A stretch of DNA of 42,186 nucleotides. Source: Dicyema japonicum. Taxonomy: Eukaryota; Animalia; Dicyemida. The position numbers and the translations under genes were made by a program. The stretch covers positions 389,817-432,002 of the forward strand of contig RDEW01000039.1 of NCBI GenBank assembly GCA_011109175.1, given 5' to 3'. Shown in pieces: positions 22,189-33,664 of the stretch (positions are counted from its first letter, which is position 1; every line of letters begins with the position of its first letter). The notes under the pieces were generated by a model, which saw nothing but the letters and a program-made list of their open reading frames with translations, was not told the origin of the DNA and made no database searches.

Positions 22189-23946
22189 CCATTTGATTTT
22201 TCGTATTTCACATATTTTGTCACGTCGTATGAGTGCTCAATTGCTTAAATAATAATAACGGGGAGAATAGAAACTGGAAACAATAAAAACCAGGATTCTT
22301 TTGATAATTTAAAAATGAAAATGTTCGGCCCATCATTCGATTCGCTCAAAGATTTCTACGAGTTTAGAGTAAATTTGATGAAAAATGTAAAAACTACTAG
22401 GAATCTTTTTTTAAAAGGAACTACAACGTCAGTGGACGAAAACACCAGTCCGGTTATACGAAAAAATACCTTTAAAAAACTTATTCTAACAACGGGAATC
22501 CGAAGGAAATTCTAGCCTCTTAGAAACTAGTCTCGCTCCTCTGCCTGTCTCCAATCTATTGGAAAAAGATATCTTTCAAGGGTTTTATGTGCGATATTTC
22601 TTTTCTGCAGAGATTTTCAAACTGTTGCCGCAAGACAAATTCTAGTGCTCCACCAGCCAAATACAAATTTGAATAAATTTATTTACAATTTATTTATAGT
22701 TTGGTTTAATTAATTTAAAAGGGTAAAAATATAACTAATTATTAAAATTAAATTAATCAATTTTTTTATTATATATTGAATGATATATATTTTGAATAAC
22801 CATGATTCATTAATTCTTTAATAACGTGTTTATTATATAATGAACAAATCATCTGATTCCTAGCAAACTAAATAGACATTTTACTTCCAAGCATCTGGAC
22901 AATTCTAAAACATATGTGGATTATTTTATGCATTTGAAAAAACAACACAAGTATTATTTCTATTTATTATGTTTTGTAGATCCAGTCAAATGTTGTTCAG
23001 TGATACTTTTGTAACCTCAACGAATCATTGAAATGTACATATCTTTTCTGAATTGATAGCAAAAGAATTCAAATATTATTGGCAAAAACTTGATATTCCC
23101 TGTTTGTCGCATCATTGCTCGGATTTTGTTTAGTCATAAATATGAACAAAAATAATGAAGATAGCTTTATCAGATAACACTGTATTTCGTCAGATTTGTT
23201 ACTTGTCTGAGGATATTAAAATAATGTCTTATTTTCTATTAATAAACTAGTTTTTCATTACAACTTGCAAATTAAATTACAAATTTTTGTATTCACTTTT
23301 ACGTATCCAAAAAAAATTAATTTATTTTTTGATATGTGCCTTGGATTATTTTTCTAAAATCAGTCTGCCACGAGAATTATTCTATGAAAACCTCTGCTTT
23401 ACAGCATGAAATTATAAAAAATTTTTCTACTTGTCATTGACGTCCTGACAAATTTTATCCGCTCTGTGTTTTTGTAAACACGTGAAATCTGTGCTCTGTT
23501 CCGTGAATACCTATAAAGTCTTATTCCTTTTCATGGAATGCCTTAAATTAAAAAATGTATGCCTTTGTGATACTCCTCATATTTGCGACCAATTCCGTAA
23601 GGTTGCATACAGAGTGACGGAACAGTGAATTAAAAAAGAACTGCCCACAACCGACACTTCCACAGTTTTTGATTTAGCTAAACAGAGTTGAGTCCCTTTT
23701 TTATACTTCCCCGGCCATTACGGGATTGTTTGGGATCGAGGGAGAAGTTTGTTATGCTGATAGAACTACTGGTTCGTGTCGAAATCATTTAGTTAGTTCA
23801 AGTTTATCAGTGATTTTGGTTGATTAAAAATAAAAAAATTTCCTTTTGTGGAAAAGCAATTTTTATTGAAAGTTGAGAAAATTTTACATGTGTTCATTAC
23901 CGTAAAATGCAATTTTGAACAAACGTAGACTTCAGGGGGGATATTA

Positions 23947-24398
23947 TTATTATTATCAGCACTGCCGAGAACACATAAAAAAACAAAAGTCAATTAAGGT
24001 TACCTTGTGCCGCGCCGGTCACCCTTTGCACCAATCGCATCCAAAGGCCTCTCCGTTTCGCAAGATCACTTAGTTCATCGAGGTCATCCATTGTTTTCAA
24101 CTCCCTGCCTATGGCTTTTAGGTCTTCATTTAGCGTAATAGGTAAGGTTGTTCTAGGCCTTCCTCGGAATGATTTTGTTTTTTCCATGAAATATTCATCT
24201 ATTACGTGATTTGCCGGGACATCCAGGTCCATCCTCAGAATGTGACCGAACAGTCTCCATCTCGATCTTCCGATTTCCATGGATAATGGTTCTGTTTTGC
24301 TCAACTTATATAATTGTTCGTTTTTGATCTTCATTTTGTACTGAATATTAAGTGCCTTCCGAAGCATACTGCGGTCGAAACTGTCAAAAAGGAAAAAA
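23947..24398 (-). mobile_element. Young 5'-truncated RTE-like LINE with open frame, (TAA)n tail and 13-bp TSD
   Basis: Uninterrupted ORF 23990-24367 (RWRLFGHILR...GRPRTTLP...AQGNLN*). AGGGGGGATATTA at 23934-46 and 24399-411. Confidence 0.93.
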
Positions 24399-25311
24399 AG
24401 GGGGGATATTAAAATTAAAAAGGAAAAAAAGCTTTAAGGATTCGAAGGATTCGCTTGAAGACGGTAATGAAAAGCCTATCATAAAGTCTCATATAGACTG
24501 TCCCCCTCTCTGGTGTCTTAGACTCACTGGGATCCCTAATATTGATAAATTCCCTGCATTCATCGAGTCTTACTCAATCATTCCAATTTATGACTATTTT
24601 GTGTGAATAGTTATTCAGTTACACTCCAATGGATTAACATCACTTCGGATAGCACATGTCATTTTTAATGCCACCTTTAATAATTTCCATGTTGACTGAT
24701 TTGTAGGGAAAGGTGGTCGATGGACCAGGATCAGTAATACCGCACCTATTGAACCAATAAGGGTACTTTATAGTTTTCTAAAATTTATTTTTATTATAAT
24801 ATATTTTACTTAGGATACACTACTTCTCCAACTACAACTAAAGGAGAAATATTAATTCCGCGTTTATTCAATTGATATCATCTTTACTCATAGATTGGAG
24901 ACGACGAATTCTCCCACTAAAACTGAAGGTAAAATCTCTTCTACTACGTCAACTGCGATTACTCCTAATGGTAAAATATATTAATTTCATGTTAAATCAA
25001 TTTATATGATTCTTATTAGAAGATTTGAGAAAAAAAGTACAACTAATTTTGATTTTGTAGTAAGCACTCCGGGTTAGTAGATAGGTAACTTCCCCCAAAT
25101 CGCCTTCTTCCGAGTAACAATCCAACTGCTTATTGGATTTTAGTTTACATATTAATTTAAATTAAAAGATTCTAACCTTGATTATTTTTCCATATTTAAA
25201 AATAGTAAATAATAAATAAAATGTTTTTAACAAGTAAACGAGTAAAGCATCTGATGAAGTGGATTCAATTTTTAACAAAGAATCGAGTAAAGTCTAGTAA
25301 AGCATCTGATT

Positions 25312-25660
25312 AAGATACTGGGCGTATCATACGACCCAGTCTTGACCTTCAGAAAACACATCGACAACGTCATCTCTTCGGCACAACGAAACCTAAATTT
25401 TGTTAAAACACTCCTAGGACAATATAAGGGGTGTTTCAACTCAAATTTGGACTCGCTCTACGTGCAGTATATTCAACCGTCTCTAACTTACGGGTGTGCT
25501 GCATGGGGAACCAAACGCGAATATGAAAAAAATAATACATTCCAAAAAATGGCCAGTAAGGCTCTGCAAAGGTTTTCACAGACACCACTAAACCCTACAC
25601 CATTTGAGGAATTACTGAGGAGAACTGGAGCCTTACTACCACCCAAAAAAAGTTAGAAAC
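25312..25660 (+). mobile_element. APE-type LINE post-RT (thumb) fragment
   Basis: KILGVSYDPVLTFRKHI...YIQPSLTYGCAAWG corresponds to the LGVxFDxxLTFxxH and IRPxLxYGxxxW motifs. Confidence 0.8.
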
Positions 25661-25860
25661 CCACGCCCAATCCGGAAATGAGTTGGAACTCGAGAGGAAC
25701 ACCGAGCAAGAATGAGATGGCTATTCGAGGCGGCCGGAATCACCTGACGGCTATGTAGTTATTCAAATTGTTGGTGATTTTTGGTTTTTAATAATAATAA
25801 AAAATACAGATCGATGGTAACCTCTCTCTGGAAAGCAAATTTTTTTTTTGAGGATTAAGT

Positions 25861-26531
25861 TTGTTTATTACTTCATAACTTTAAGTTGGATTCAACGTAT
25901 CAATGAGGAACAACTACAGGAAAGCAAAAAAGGGCAAAACGCCGACTCTAGCGGTTAATTCAATCAGATCAAAGAATATTAGTGTGTGCTGTGCAATGTC
26001 AAAGTCGGTGATCATATTTTACAAAATTTCAATGAACCTATATAGCACGGAAAGTTTTAATGGGATAAAAAAATAATCTTTTCCAATATTTGGTAGATGA
26101 AAAAACTTACAAAATATTGTGGTGATCTGCGATAATATTCCATTTCATAAAAGTGCTTTGATAAAGGAAAATGTGATCAAAACAATAACCAACTGAAATT
26201 ATTGCCTCCTTATTCTCCTTTTTTGAATCCTATTGAGAATATGTTTTCTAAGTGGAAAAAATAGTGAAAAATCTAAAGCCAACAAGCGAAGAAGTGCTTT
26301 TCTCTGCAATAGAAGATGCAAGATGATTGCGAATCATTTTACATGAAATTGATGGGTAAATAAATAATCTAATCCCTAATTTTCATTCGATAAATGAATT
26401 TTCGTTCATTTTTATACAAGTATTGTATCTTAACTAAAGAAATTCTCACTTTGATGTAAATAATTCTCACATTGATGTGAATGATTCTCATTTTGATGTG
26501 AACAAGTTCTCACTTTGAATTGAAAACCCTG
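25861..26531 (+). mobile_element. Tc1/IS630-like (DDE_3) transposase remnant with right terminus
   Basis: GFNVSMR, KNISVCCAM, VICDNIPFHKS, LPPYSPFLNPIENMFSKWK. Four ~22-bp TTCTCAxxTTGA subterminal repeats at 26441-26525 end in CCCTG|TA. Confidence 0.88.
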
Positions 26532-27983
26532 TATTAGTCAGTAGAACAGACTGGTCAATTTTGTAACGCAGTTTTGAATGCCGTTGCTATGACGTTATCA
26601 GTTTCTTCCATTTCTCTCTGTCTATTCCAATCCGTTAGTTCATCGGATTCTTCCCATTGACATCTTTCCAAACCTGTCGGAGTTGATAAATTAGGATGAC
26701 GGGAGAGTAAGTCATGGCAGTCTCCGGAAGCAAAGGGCTTCGTGTTGTGTGTCATCCAATCTCTTGTAATCATGTATGAGTATATGTTGCTTCTATACAT
26801 TCCATAATGTCGTCATGAGGATATTCCTAAATCATTTGTTATCTACGAAATGTGTTTAAGTCCAAATTTGACCTAGCTGACGTACTGAATTATAGTGTAT
26901 CACTGATTTATCTAATTAGTCATAAGAAAAGATTTATGCATCCTAACAATCATCAAAAGTGCATATGGCTAAGAACCACGTGTTTAGGCATTTGTTACTT
27001 AAAACTAAGGATCACCATAATTCATTAAGAAAAGGACACAGCCATTAATCCATGCTTCTCCCAGCTCCCTACTAATTAAGAACAAAAGAAGACAAATAAA
27101 GTTAAAAAAGCAAGCAATGTAATAAAGAAAATCAAGGAGACATCCAAACAGTTTCATTATAAATGGTAGGAATAATATCAAACATGTCACAAATCTTAGT
27201 ACTATCCTACTCCATAAAAACAGTCGTAATATCAGAATTCTTTTGTCGTTCACACAAAGCAGAAATATTATCAACTGACATTAATAATATTACTAACATG
27301 AACTCGCTCACTCGGGAATATCATGATTTGGGTGTGTTTCATCATCAAGTAATCCTCCTCAAATCATACATATTATAATTCTACTGTCATCACATACATC
27401 ACCTTTTCAAATAATCATCTCCCTTTTCCGTTACTGATGATTCTGTTGCCATTGAGACTTCTGGGTTTTCAGTGATAACGGATTCCATAAGTGAATCTCC
27501 GGGATTACGAATTCCGTTAACATAGAATTTAATCCTTTCTAATAACTAGAGATTCCGTGGGCTTACGATCTTCTCTATCCCTCACAACAGAGGACTAGTC
27601 CACCTTTGAGTCCCATCGGTTTTCCGTTATTCCGGATTTTGTGGGTTTGCGGTATTCTCGGATTTGATGCGTTTTTACAAAATTGTTAAGTCGATTTTGA
27701 GAATTGGAAATCTAAGCAGTTCTGCCCTCTTTTGTCGTCTTTCACGACTTCCAAGAATAAAACTGATCAAGACAGTCGCATTATCTCCATAATTAGTTCC
27801 TCCCGTCTTCTCTCACTCTTATTAGTCTTCTCTAATATATTCTTTGCCAGAGTGTTCGTCCTCTCATTCTCCCCCACTTTCTTCCCCTTAGCCGCCTTTA
27901 ATAACCTTGATTTCCTCAATATCTTCTTTACAGTACGTTTATAATATAAACGACACAAACATTAACAAACAAATCAGGAGAGT

Positions 27984-28530
27984 TTAGTGACTATATATTG
28001 ATGGAATATATACTTTCTCTAAGTATCCCCCAATAGTTGGTCCTTTTGGCAATATTAAGAGAACCCAATAAGTTACGCTGATATTTAGTCCTTTTGTGGA
28101 GATATCAGGCACACCCTCATGGTCTGTGCACTCAGAGTTGATATTAAGAACAATCACATGGGCTGTGTTGATAGTCTGGCATTCTTTGGGGTCATTAGGA
28201 AGATCCACGTGGTCTGTGATGATTGTTGGTCTTTCTTTGATAGTATTAGAAACAGACAAGTGAGTCATATTACGGGATGACTTATGATAAGTCTGAAATA
28301 TAATCTACTGTTTACTATGGGGATATTGGATTCTTCGTCTAACAAATTATTAATACACCTCAAACCTACTGTTTCGGAGGGCAATCGATTATTCGAAAAA
28401 CGGCTGTTCTACAACCTTCTAAAATATCCCATACCTTCCACTTCCATATGTTGAATTTGCCAATTGGAAAACTCAGAGAATACGTTTTCGATAATGACTG
28501 TATGAGATGATTGGCGGAAAAGGATTTTTG
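27984..28530 (-). CDS. Putative spliced host gene of unknown function with micro-exons; both ends uncertain
   Basis: GT-AG introns 28409-28434 (26 nt), 28339-28365 (27) and 28293-28315 (23) join exons of 43 and 23 nt into one open frame continuous with ORF 27984-28268: ...FPIGKFNIWKWK|NSRFSNNRLPSETV|DEESNIPI|TYHKSSRNMTHLSV.... No recognisable domain. Confidence 0.5.
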
Positions 28531-28914
28531 GAAGATTTCAGCTATTTTTAATCAACAGAACTGATTTGATGAAAATCTTATACATTTCTAACTGAACTGG
28601 AAATTAATAAACATATTAGTGATGGAAATAAATTCAGATATTCAGGAATTGAGAATATTAAATCTTTCTGATCAGTTATTTTGTTTTGTTACCTAAATAT
28701 AGAATGTGCTTTACAAGTTTTTTTATATTTAGGTGATTTCATTACTTTTGCGCAACAGGTTAAAAATTGTATTTATTTTTTAGATAACAGGACAGAATCA
28801 GATTGTATTTAATTAAATTCTAAATGAAAGAAAGAATATCTTTCAATTTATTCAAATATTAAAATACCGCACACCATATAGTTAATATTAAATTTAAATA
28901 TGATATGAATTCAA

Positions 28915-31900
28915 ATGGTTATACTAATAGACATAGAATTTTTTGTTGTTGTGGGCATGGCTGTTTCTTGTAAGAAAAGAAGAAAAGATGTTTCAATCGA
29001 CCTATCTACGAAAGTTACTAAAAGAAAAAACAAAAGAAACGTAGAGAATGTGGTCGATGACTTGTCCAAGACCCAAAAAGTTGTCAATACTGATCTTAAA
29101 GAACATCTTCTCTCACTGCAATGCGTAGTCGACAAAGTTCACACTGTGGACAAGAGACAATGGGCTGTGGAAGTAGTTGAAGCTACAAAATCCAGATTTA
29201 AGAGAATGCCCCGTGGTGGTTGGCCTCTGATTACGAATGCTTTTAACCAAAGATTCGGGACACCGAAATCCGTTACCAATTTCAAGAGCTTGCTCTTTTC
29301 AAATTCGAGTGAATCACTCTGTGGTCTTCCAGTTGGGGAAATACAGAAGGTAGAAATTTCGAATTTTAGAAAATGCTTTGAAGAGTTTTGTTGCCAAATT
29401 GGGAAAGTATTCACAACGGGAAGGAACCTTCGCATGCCTACTAGGAAGATTCCCAGACAATTGATAAAAAAGGATATTTTGAATGGAATTAATGCGGCAA
29501 TCAAGGAATATATAGATTCCTTGCCTAATTTGGATATCAATGATATCACAGATATCATATATGCTGGGCAGTGCACCTATGAAAGTCTTACCAGGAGGAA
29601 TAGCACTAAAAGTAATTGGGAAGAGTCCATGAAAGGAAAAATCACTAAACTTAGGAAACAACTTGAGCAAATTCAAATGGCTAGTGAAATGAACGGGAAG
29701 AAGCAATTTGATGAAGAAGTGCGCAATACTCTATGTTCATATGGATTTAAGAAATCGAAGAGGGGAGAATTTGAGAGAATTGCTTCCTATGTCCGTGATC
29801 AAATCAAGATAATTGAGAAGAAATTGAGAATTTATGAATCAAGAAAGGGATTTAGAAGAGCCAATTGGTGCTTCGAGTTGAATAGAAGGCGGTTCTACAG
29901 AAATATTAGTGGAGATAATAAGAAGGGAGTGCTGAATTTCGATGAAGGGGAATGTCTACCTTTTTGGACAACCATTTGGAATGAGAGTGATCGAAAGGAG
30001 AGCAAATTCTTGTTGAACAAGAGAGTGACTGGATCTGAAAATTCTTATGCCGATTTTACAAAGGAAGCGATCGTCGATACTATCAAGATGCTTCCAAATT
30101 GGAAAGCGTCTGGGTGCGACGGAGTTTATAACTTCTTTATCAAAAGTTTTACTTCGATTCATGAACATCTTTGCGAGGAGATTCAGAAGATCATAAATGA
30201 TGAATATACGCCTGGTGATTGGTTCTACACGGGGATAACACATCTTATACCAAAAGTGGACGTATGTAATTCACCCAAGGAGTTAAGACCAATTACTTGT
30301 ATGCCTAATCTCTATAAACTATTGACAAAGTGTGTGAACAAGAAATTATCTGAATATATTGAATCGTACGATCTCTTAAGTGATAATCAATTGGGAACTC
30401 GGAGGATGTGTCAAGGAGCCAAAGAACAAGCTTTGGTGAACCAATGTTTAAATCAAAGAAATGGAAGTAACTTATGTTCTACCTGGATCGATGTTAAAAA
30501 AGCATTTGATTCCGTTGACCACGAGTTTTTGGGCGAAGTGCTCCAGAATTCTGGCCTGCCTTTCTGGATTGTGAGTTTTATCACGAAACTTGTTGGGAAA
30601 TGGAAGATACGACTGAATTTGGAAGGAAAAGTGTTGGGGGAGATTAGAATAAGAAGAGGAATTCTACAGGGGGACTCTCTTTCGCCACAGATCTTTGCTT
30701 TGTTAATGGACCCCCTTAGCCGAATATTGAATGGAAAATTTCCTAAAGTAACTATGGGAAGCCCGGGAAATGGAGAGCCAACATATGCCACTAATCACCT
30801 TCTGTTTATGGACGATATAAAGTTGTTTTCTCACAAAAGTGATTCAATGGTTATGATGATGGAAGAAGTTGATTCGTTTTTTGATGCAGCCGGGTTGGAG
30901 AGGAACTTTGACAAATCTGCAACAAATGTCAAGTCCTTGTCTGGGAAAGCTCGTTTCCTTGATGGATTGGATGGATACCGATATTTGGGAGTTCTTGAAG
31001 ATAAGAACAGCAATGTTCTTAAAGGAGAAATTATGAATAAAATCTATGGAGAAGTATCTAAGCGGATCAAAAATTTGACGAAGACGGATTTAAACTCAGT
31101 GAACCTGTTTAAAGCTATGAATGAGTATGCAATCTCCCTTTACAACTATTACATTGGATTGATTGATATCGAACCTGGAGAGTTTGAACAGATTGATAAA
31201 AATATTCGCAGAATTCTTATGGACAGTCATATCCACTTGCAACCGGCAAACAAAGAAAGACTTTATCTACCAAGAAATAAATTTGGAAGAGGCCTCGAGT
31301 CAGTCAGTAACAAAGCAGAAAGAATGCTCCTCCAATTTTATAGTGATTTGGAACATAAGGCAAATTACTGCCTAAGAAGAGCGGGAATTCTACGGGTCAT
31401 TAATTCAAAGAAAATACACATGGCCACTATCGTAGAATTCATCTCAAGAAAGTACAACATTGAAAATGTGAAGGATTTGACAATGTTGAAATTGATGGAA
31501 ATACAACATGAATATCTACTGGGAAAAATTGAAGAGAAACCGCTGCACTCTATTCTATTTGAGTGTCTGAAAGATACCGAAGTGAATATTGCTGAATCCT
31601 CAGGGTGGTTAGTTCATGGAAATCATTCTCCTGTAACCGAAGGAAGGCTGTGTCTGCTTCAGGATCGTAACATGTTTTTTGATAATGGAGAAGCCAAGTG
31701 CAAACATTGTAACTCAGGAAAGAAGACCGTTGATCACCTTGCAACTAGATGTGGGAGAATGCTGAATAGCTCGTATCTCAGGCGGCATAACGAGGTGGTC
31801 AGATGTATTCACTTACACCTCTGCCGTCAATATGGAATAAGAAAAACTAAGAAACTGAAGACCCACTCAGTCCAATCTGTTGTCTCAAATGAATTTGTGG

Positions 31901-32406
31901 AGATTCGTGTAGACACAACGATTAGTACAGATACGGCTGTACAGAATAACAAACCCGATATTTTCGTTCATGATAAGGTGCGTAATACGATTACTCTAGT
32001 TGAAATTGGGATCACGTCCCAAAACTGCCTCAAGCAAGTCGAGGTGGAAAAGTTCCATAAGTATGACTTACTGGCGAACGAACTCGGATGTATTCATCGC
32101 GCAAAGGTAAAAATAATCCCTGTAGTCATTACCTGGGATGGGATTGTTTCGAGATTCTTCAAGGGCCATCTGGATGCCCTCAAACTGGAGGAAAGGGTGA
32201 AAGCGTACATCCAAACGTTAGTATTGAGAAAGACGTTGGAGAGCATGCAAGCTGAAGATAGACATGGAGTATCGATACCTGATGAGGAGGAAGCTGATAA
32301 GGAATGTCGACCTAGGGGAGTCTCGGAATGTGGGTTGTGCGACAACGAAAACACACCTATACTGACAATTGACGTTGGCCCCAAGAAGAGGAGATTAGCT
32401 AATTAA
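28915..32406 (+). CDS. Intact single ORF of an RLE-type non-LTR retrotransposon (R4/Dong-like): Myb-like, RT, CCHC knuckle and restriction-like endonuclease
   Basis: 1163 aa with no stops. GCDGVYNF, LRPITC, WIDVKKAFDSVDH, GILQGDSLSP, LLFMDDIK, YRYLG, RLYLPRNKFGRGL, CKHC...DHLATRC, RRHNEV, KPDIFVHDK...LVEIG...EKFHKY. No APE domain and no N-terminal C2H2 fingers. The true start may be Met15 (28957). Confidence 0.96.
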   Translation: MVILIDIEFFVVVGMAVSCKKRRKDVSIDLSTKVTKRKNKRNVENVVDDLSKTQKVVNTDLKEHLLSLQCVVDKVHTVDKRQWAVEVVEATKSRFKRMPRGGWPLITNAFNQRFGTPKSVTNFKSLLFSNSSESLCGLPVGEIQKVEISNFRKCFEEFCCQIGKVFTTGRNLRMPTRKIPRQLIKKDILNGINAAIKEYIDSLPNLDINDITDIIYAGQCTYESLTRRNSTKSNWEESMKGKITKLRKQLEQIQMASEMNGKKQFDEEVRNTLCSYGFKKSKRGEFERIASYVRDQIKIIEKKLRIYESRKGFRRANWCFELNRRRFYRNISGDNKKGVLNFDEGECLPFWTTIWNESDRKESKFLLNKRVTGSENSYADFTKEAIVDTIKMLPNWKASGCDGVYNFFIKSFTSIHEHLCEEIQKIINDEYTPGDWFYTGITHLIPKVDVCNSPKELRPITCMPNLYKLLTKCVNKKLSEYIESYDLLSDNQLGTRRMCQGAKEQALVNQCLNQRNGSNLCSTWIDVKKAFDSVDHEFLGEVLQNSGLPFWIVSFITKLVGKWKIRLNLEGKVLGEIRIRRGILQGDSLSPQIFALLMDPLSRILNGKFPKVTMGSPGNGEPTYATNHLLFMDDIKLFSHKSDSMVMMMEEVDSFFDAAGLERNFDKSATNVKSLSGKARFLDGLDGYRYLGVLEDKNSNVLKGEIMNKIYGEVSKRIKNLTKTDLNSVNLFKAMNEYAISLYNYYIGLIDIEPGEFEQIDKNIRRILMDSHIHLQPANKERLYLPRNKFGRGLESVSNKAERMLLQFYSDLEHKANYCLRRAGILRVINSKKIHMATIVEFISRKYNIENVKDLTMLKLMEIQHEYLLGKIEEKPLHSILFECLKDTEVNIAESSGWLVHGNHSPVTEGRLCLLQDRNMFFDNGEAKCKHCNSGKKTVDHLATRCGRMLNSSYLRRHNEVVRCIHLHLCRQYGIRKTKKLKTHSVQSVVSNEFVEIRVDTTISTDTAVQNNKPDIFVHDKVRNTITLVEIGITSQNCLKQVEVEKFHKYDLLANELGCIHRAKVKIIPVVITWDGIVSRFFKGHLDALKLEERVKAYIQTLVLRKTLESMQAEDRHGVSIPDEEEADKECRPRGVSECGLCDNENTPILTIDVGPKKRRLAN

Positions 32407-32478
32407 TTAATTACTTGTGACTCGTTGTTTCGTTAAAATATAATTAGTATTATAAATAGTGTTTGATGGCTAATAAAT
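28924..32478 (+). mobile_element. Probable full extent of the R4/Dong-like element
   Basis: Imperfect candidate TSD AAATGG(-/C)TTATA at 28913-23 and 32479-90; short AT-rich 3' UTR ending in TAATAAAT. Confidence 0.55.
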
Positions 32479-33312
32479 AAATGGCTTATAGAGAATACAT
32501 CCCTTGTGTGTCAATTCACTCAAGCTCTTATCACCTTTCACTGTTGATTTTTTTCATAATCTATTTTATCCATTTATTAATTAGTTTACTCTTTGAGAAG
32601 TGTTTTAATGTTGCTTGTCTTAAAAATATTCAATCAAATTTAATTCAGTTCTTCGTCATCCATGTATGATGTGGGCTTCTATTGAGCGTTGAGTGATAGT
32701 GTTGTGTGCTCCCACAAGTCCCTTAGAGTCACTAAATTTAACTATTTATTCAAATCTTATTATTTCCCGCTTAATTTTGAATATTAAATTTTATTACTGT
32801 ATAGCTAAAATCGGCGCGTTTGCAATTTAATATTAAACATATNNNNNNNNNNNNNNNNNNNNNNNNNNNNNNNNNNNNNNNNNNNNNNNNNNNNNNNNNN
32901 NNNNNNNNNNNNNNNNNNNNNNNNNNNNNNNNNNNNNNNNNNNNNNNNNNNNNNNNNNNNNNNNNNNNNNNNNNNNNNNNNNNNNNNNNNNNNNNNNNNN
33001 NNNNNNNNNNNNNNNNNNNNNNNNNNNNNNNNNNNNNNNNNNNNNNNNNNNNNNNNNNNNNNNNNNNNNNNNNNNNNNNNNNNNNNNNNNNNNNNNNNNN
33101 NNNNNNNNNNNNNNNNNNNNNNNNNNNNNNNNNNNNNNNNNNNNNNNNNNNNNNNNNNNNNNNNNNNNNNNNNNNNNNNNNNNNNNNNNNNNNNNNNNNN
33201 NNNNNNNNNNNNNNNNNNNNNNNNNNNNNNNNNNNNNNNNNNNNNNNNNNNNNNNNNNNNNNNNNNNNNNNNNNNNNNNNNNNNNNNNNNNNNNNNNNNN
33301 NNNNNNNNNNNN

Positions 33313-33664
33313 AGCCTCTCGGAAAAAACTCAGTTACTTTCCAAAAGCAGTGCTACCACTCTGAATGTTTCGTTTGTGGATTATGTGGGGTAAAACTGTC
33401 AGGAAGTATTTTCAAAAACCAAACTGACGTGAATTACTGCATTTCCTGTTATGACAAGTCATTCTCTAAAATGTGTAATGGATGTAGCAAAACAATATCT
33501 GGTTGTCTGTTTTACATATCATAGTTGGAGAATCAAGGAGTTATGTAAAATTTGGACATCACAACTGGCATAATCAATGTTTCAAATGCTATTCCTGTCA
33601 CGTGTCCCTGTTGCATAAAAAATTTAGAATGGTTGATAATATGCCACAATGTGACAAATGTTAG
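33313..33664 (+). CDS. 3' end of an FHL/limpet-like LIM-domain protein (last ~1.7 LIM domains); the 5' part probably lies in the gap
   Basis: YHSECFVCGLCGVKLSG...YCISCYDKSFSKMCNGCSKTIS, a 23-nt GT-AG intron (33502-33524), then VGESRSYVKFGHHNWHNQCFKCYSCHVSLLHKKF...QCDKC* (stop 33662-64). Spacing and sequence parallel FHL LIM3-LIM4. Confidence 0.88.

Noticed and set aside
22260-22620. Possible second CRE-like 3' end on the minus strand
   Set aside because: Only a faint GDRQ...ARISF resemblance with multiple stops.
24352-25020. Long frame interrupted only by two TGA codons plus Ser/Thr-rich exon-like pieces (possible TGA recoding)
   Set aside because: TGG is used normally elsewhere and the intact 1163-aa ORF has no TGA. 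Splice phases are inconsistent, so at most a decayed gene.
25241-25310. CTGATGA within a 15-bp direct repeat (hammerhead candidate)
   Set aside because: No stem II or GAAA core in the required positions; the same applies to CTGATGA hits near 11350 (minus) and 40204.
29139-32384. Several minus-strand ORFs of 60-145 aa
   Set aside because: Antisense shadows of the retrotransposon ORF.
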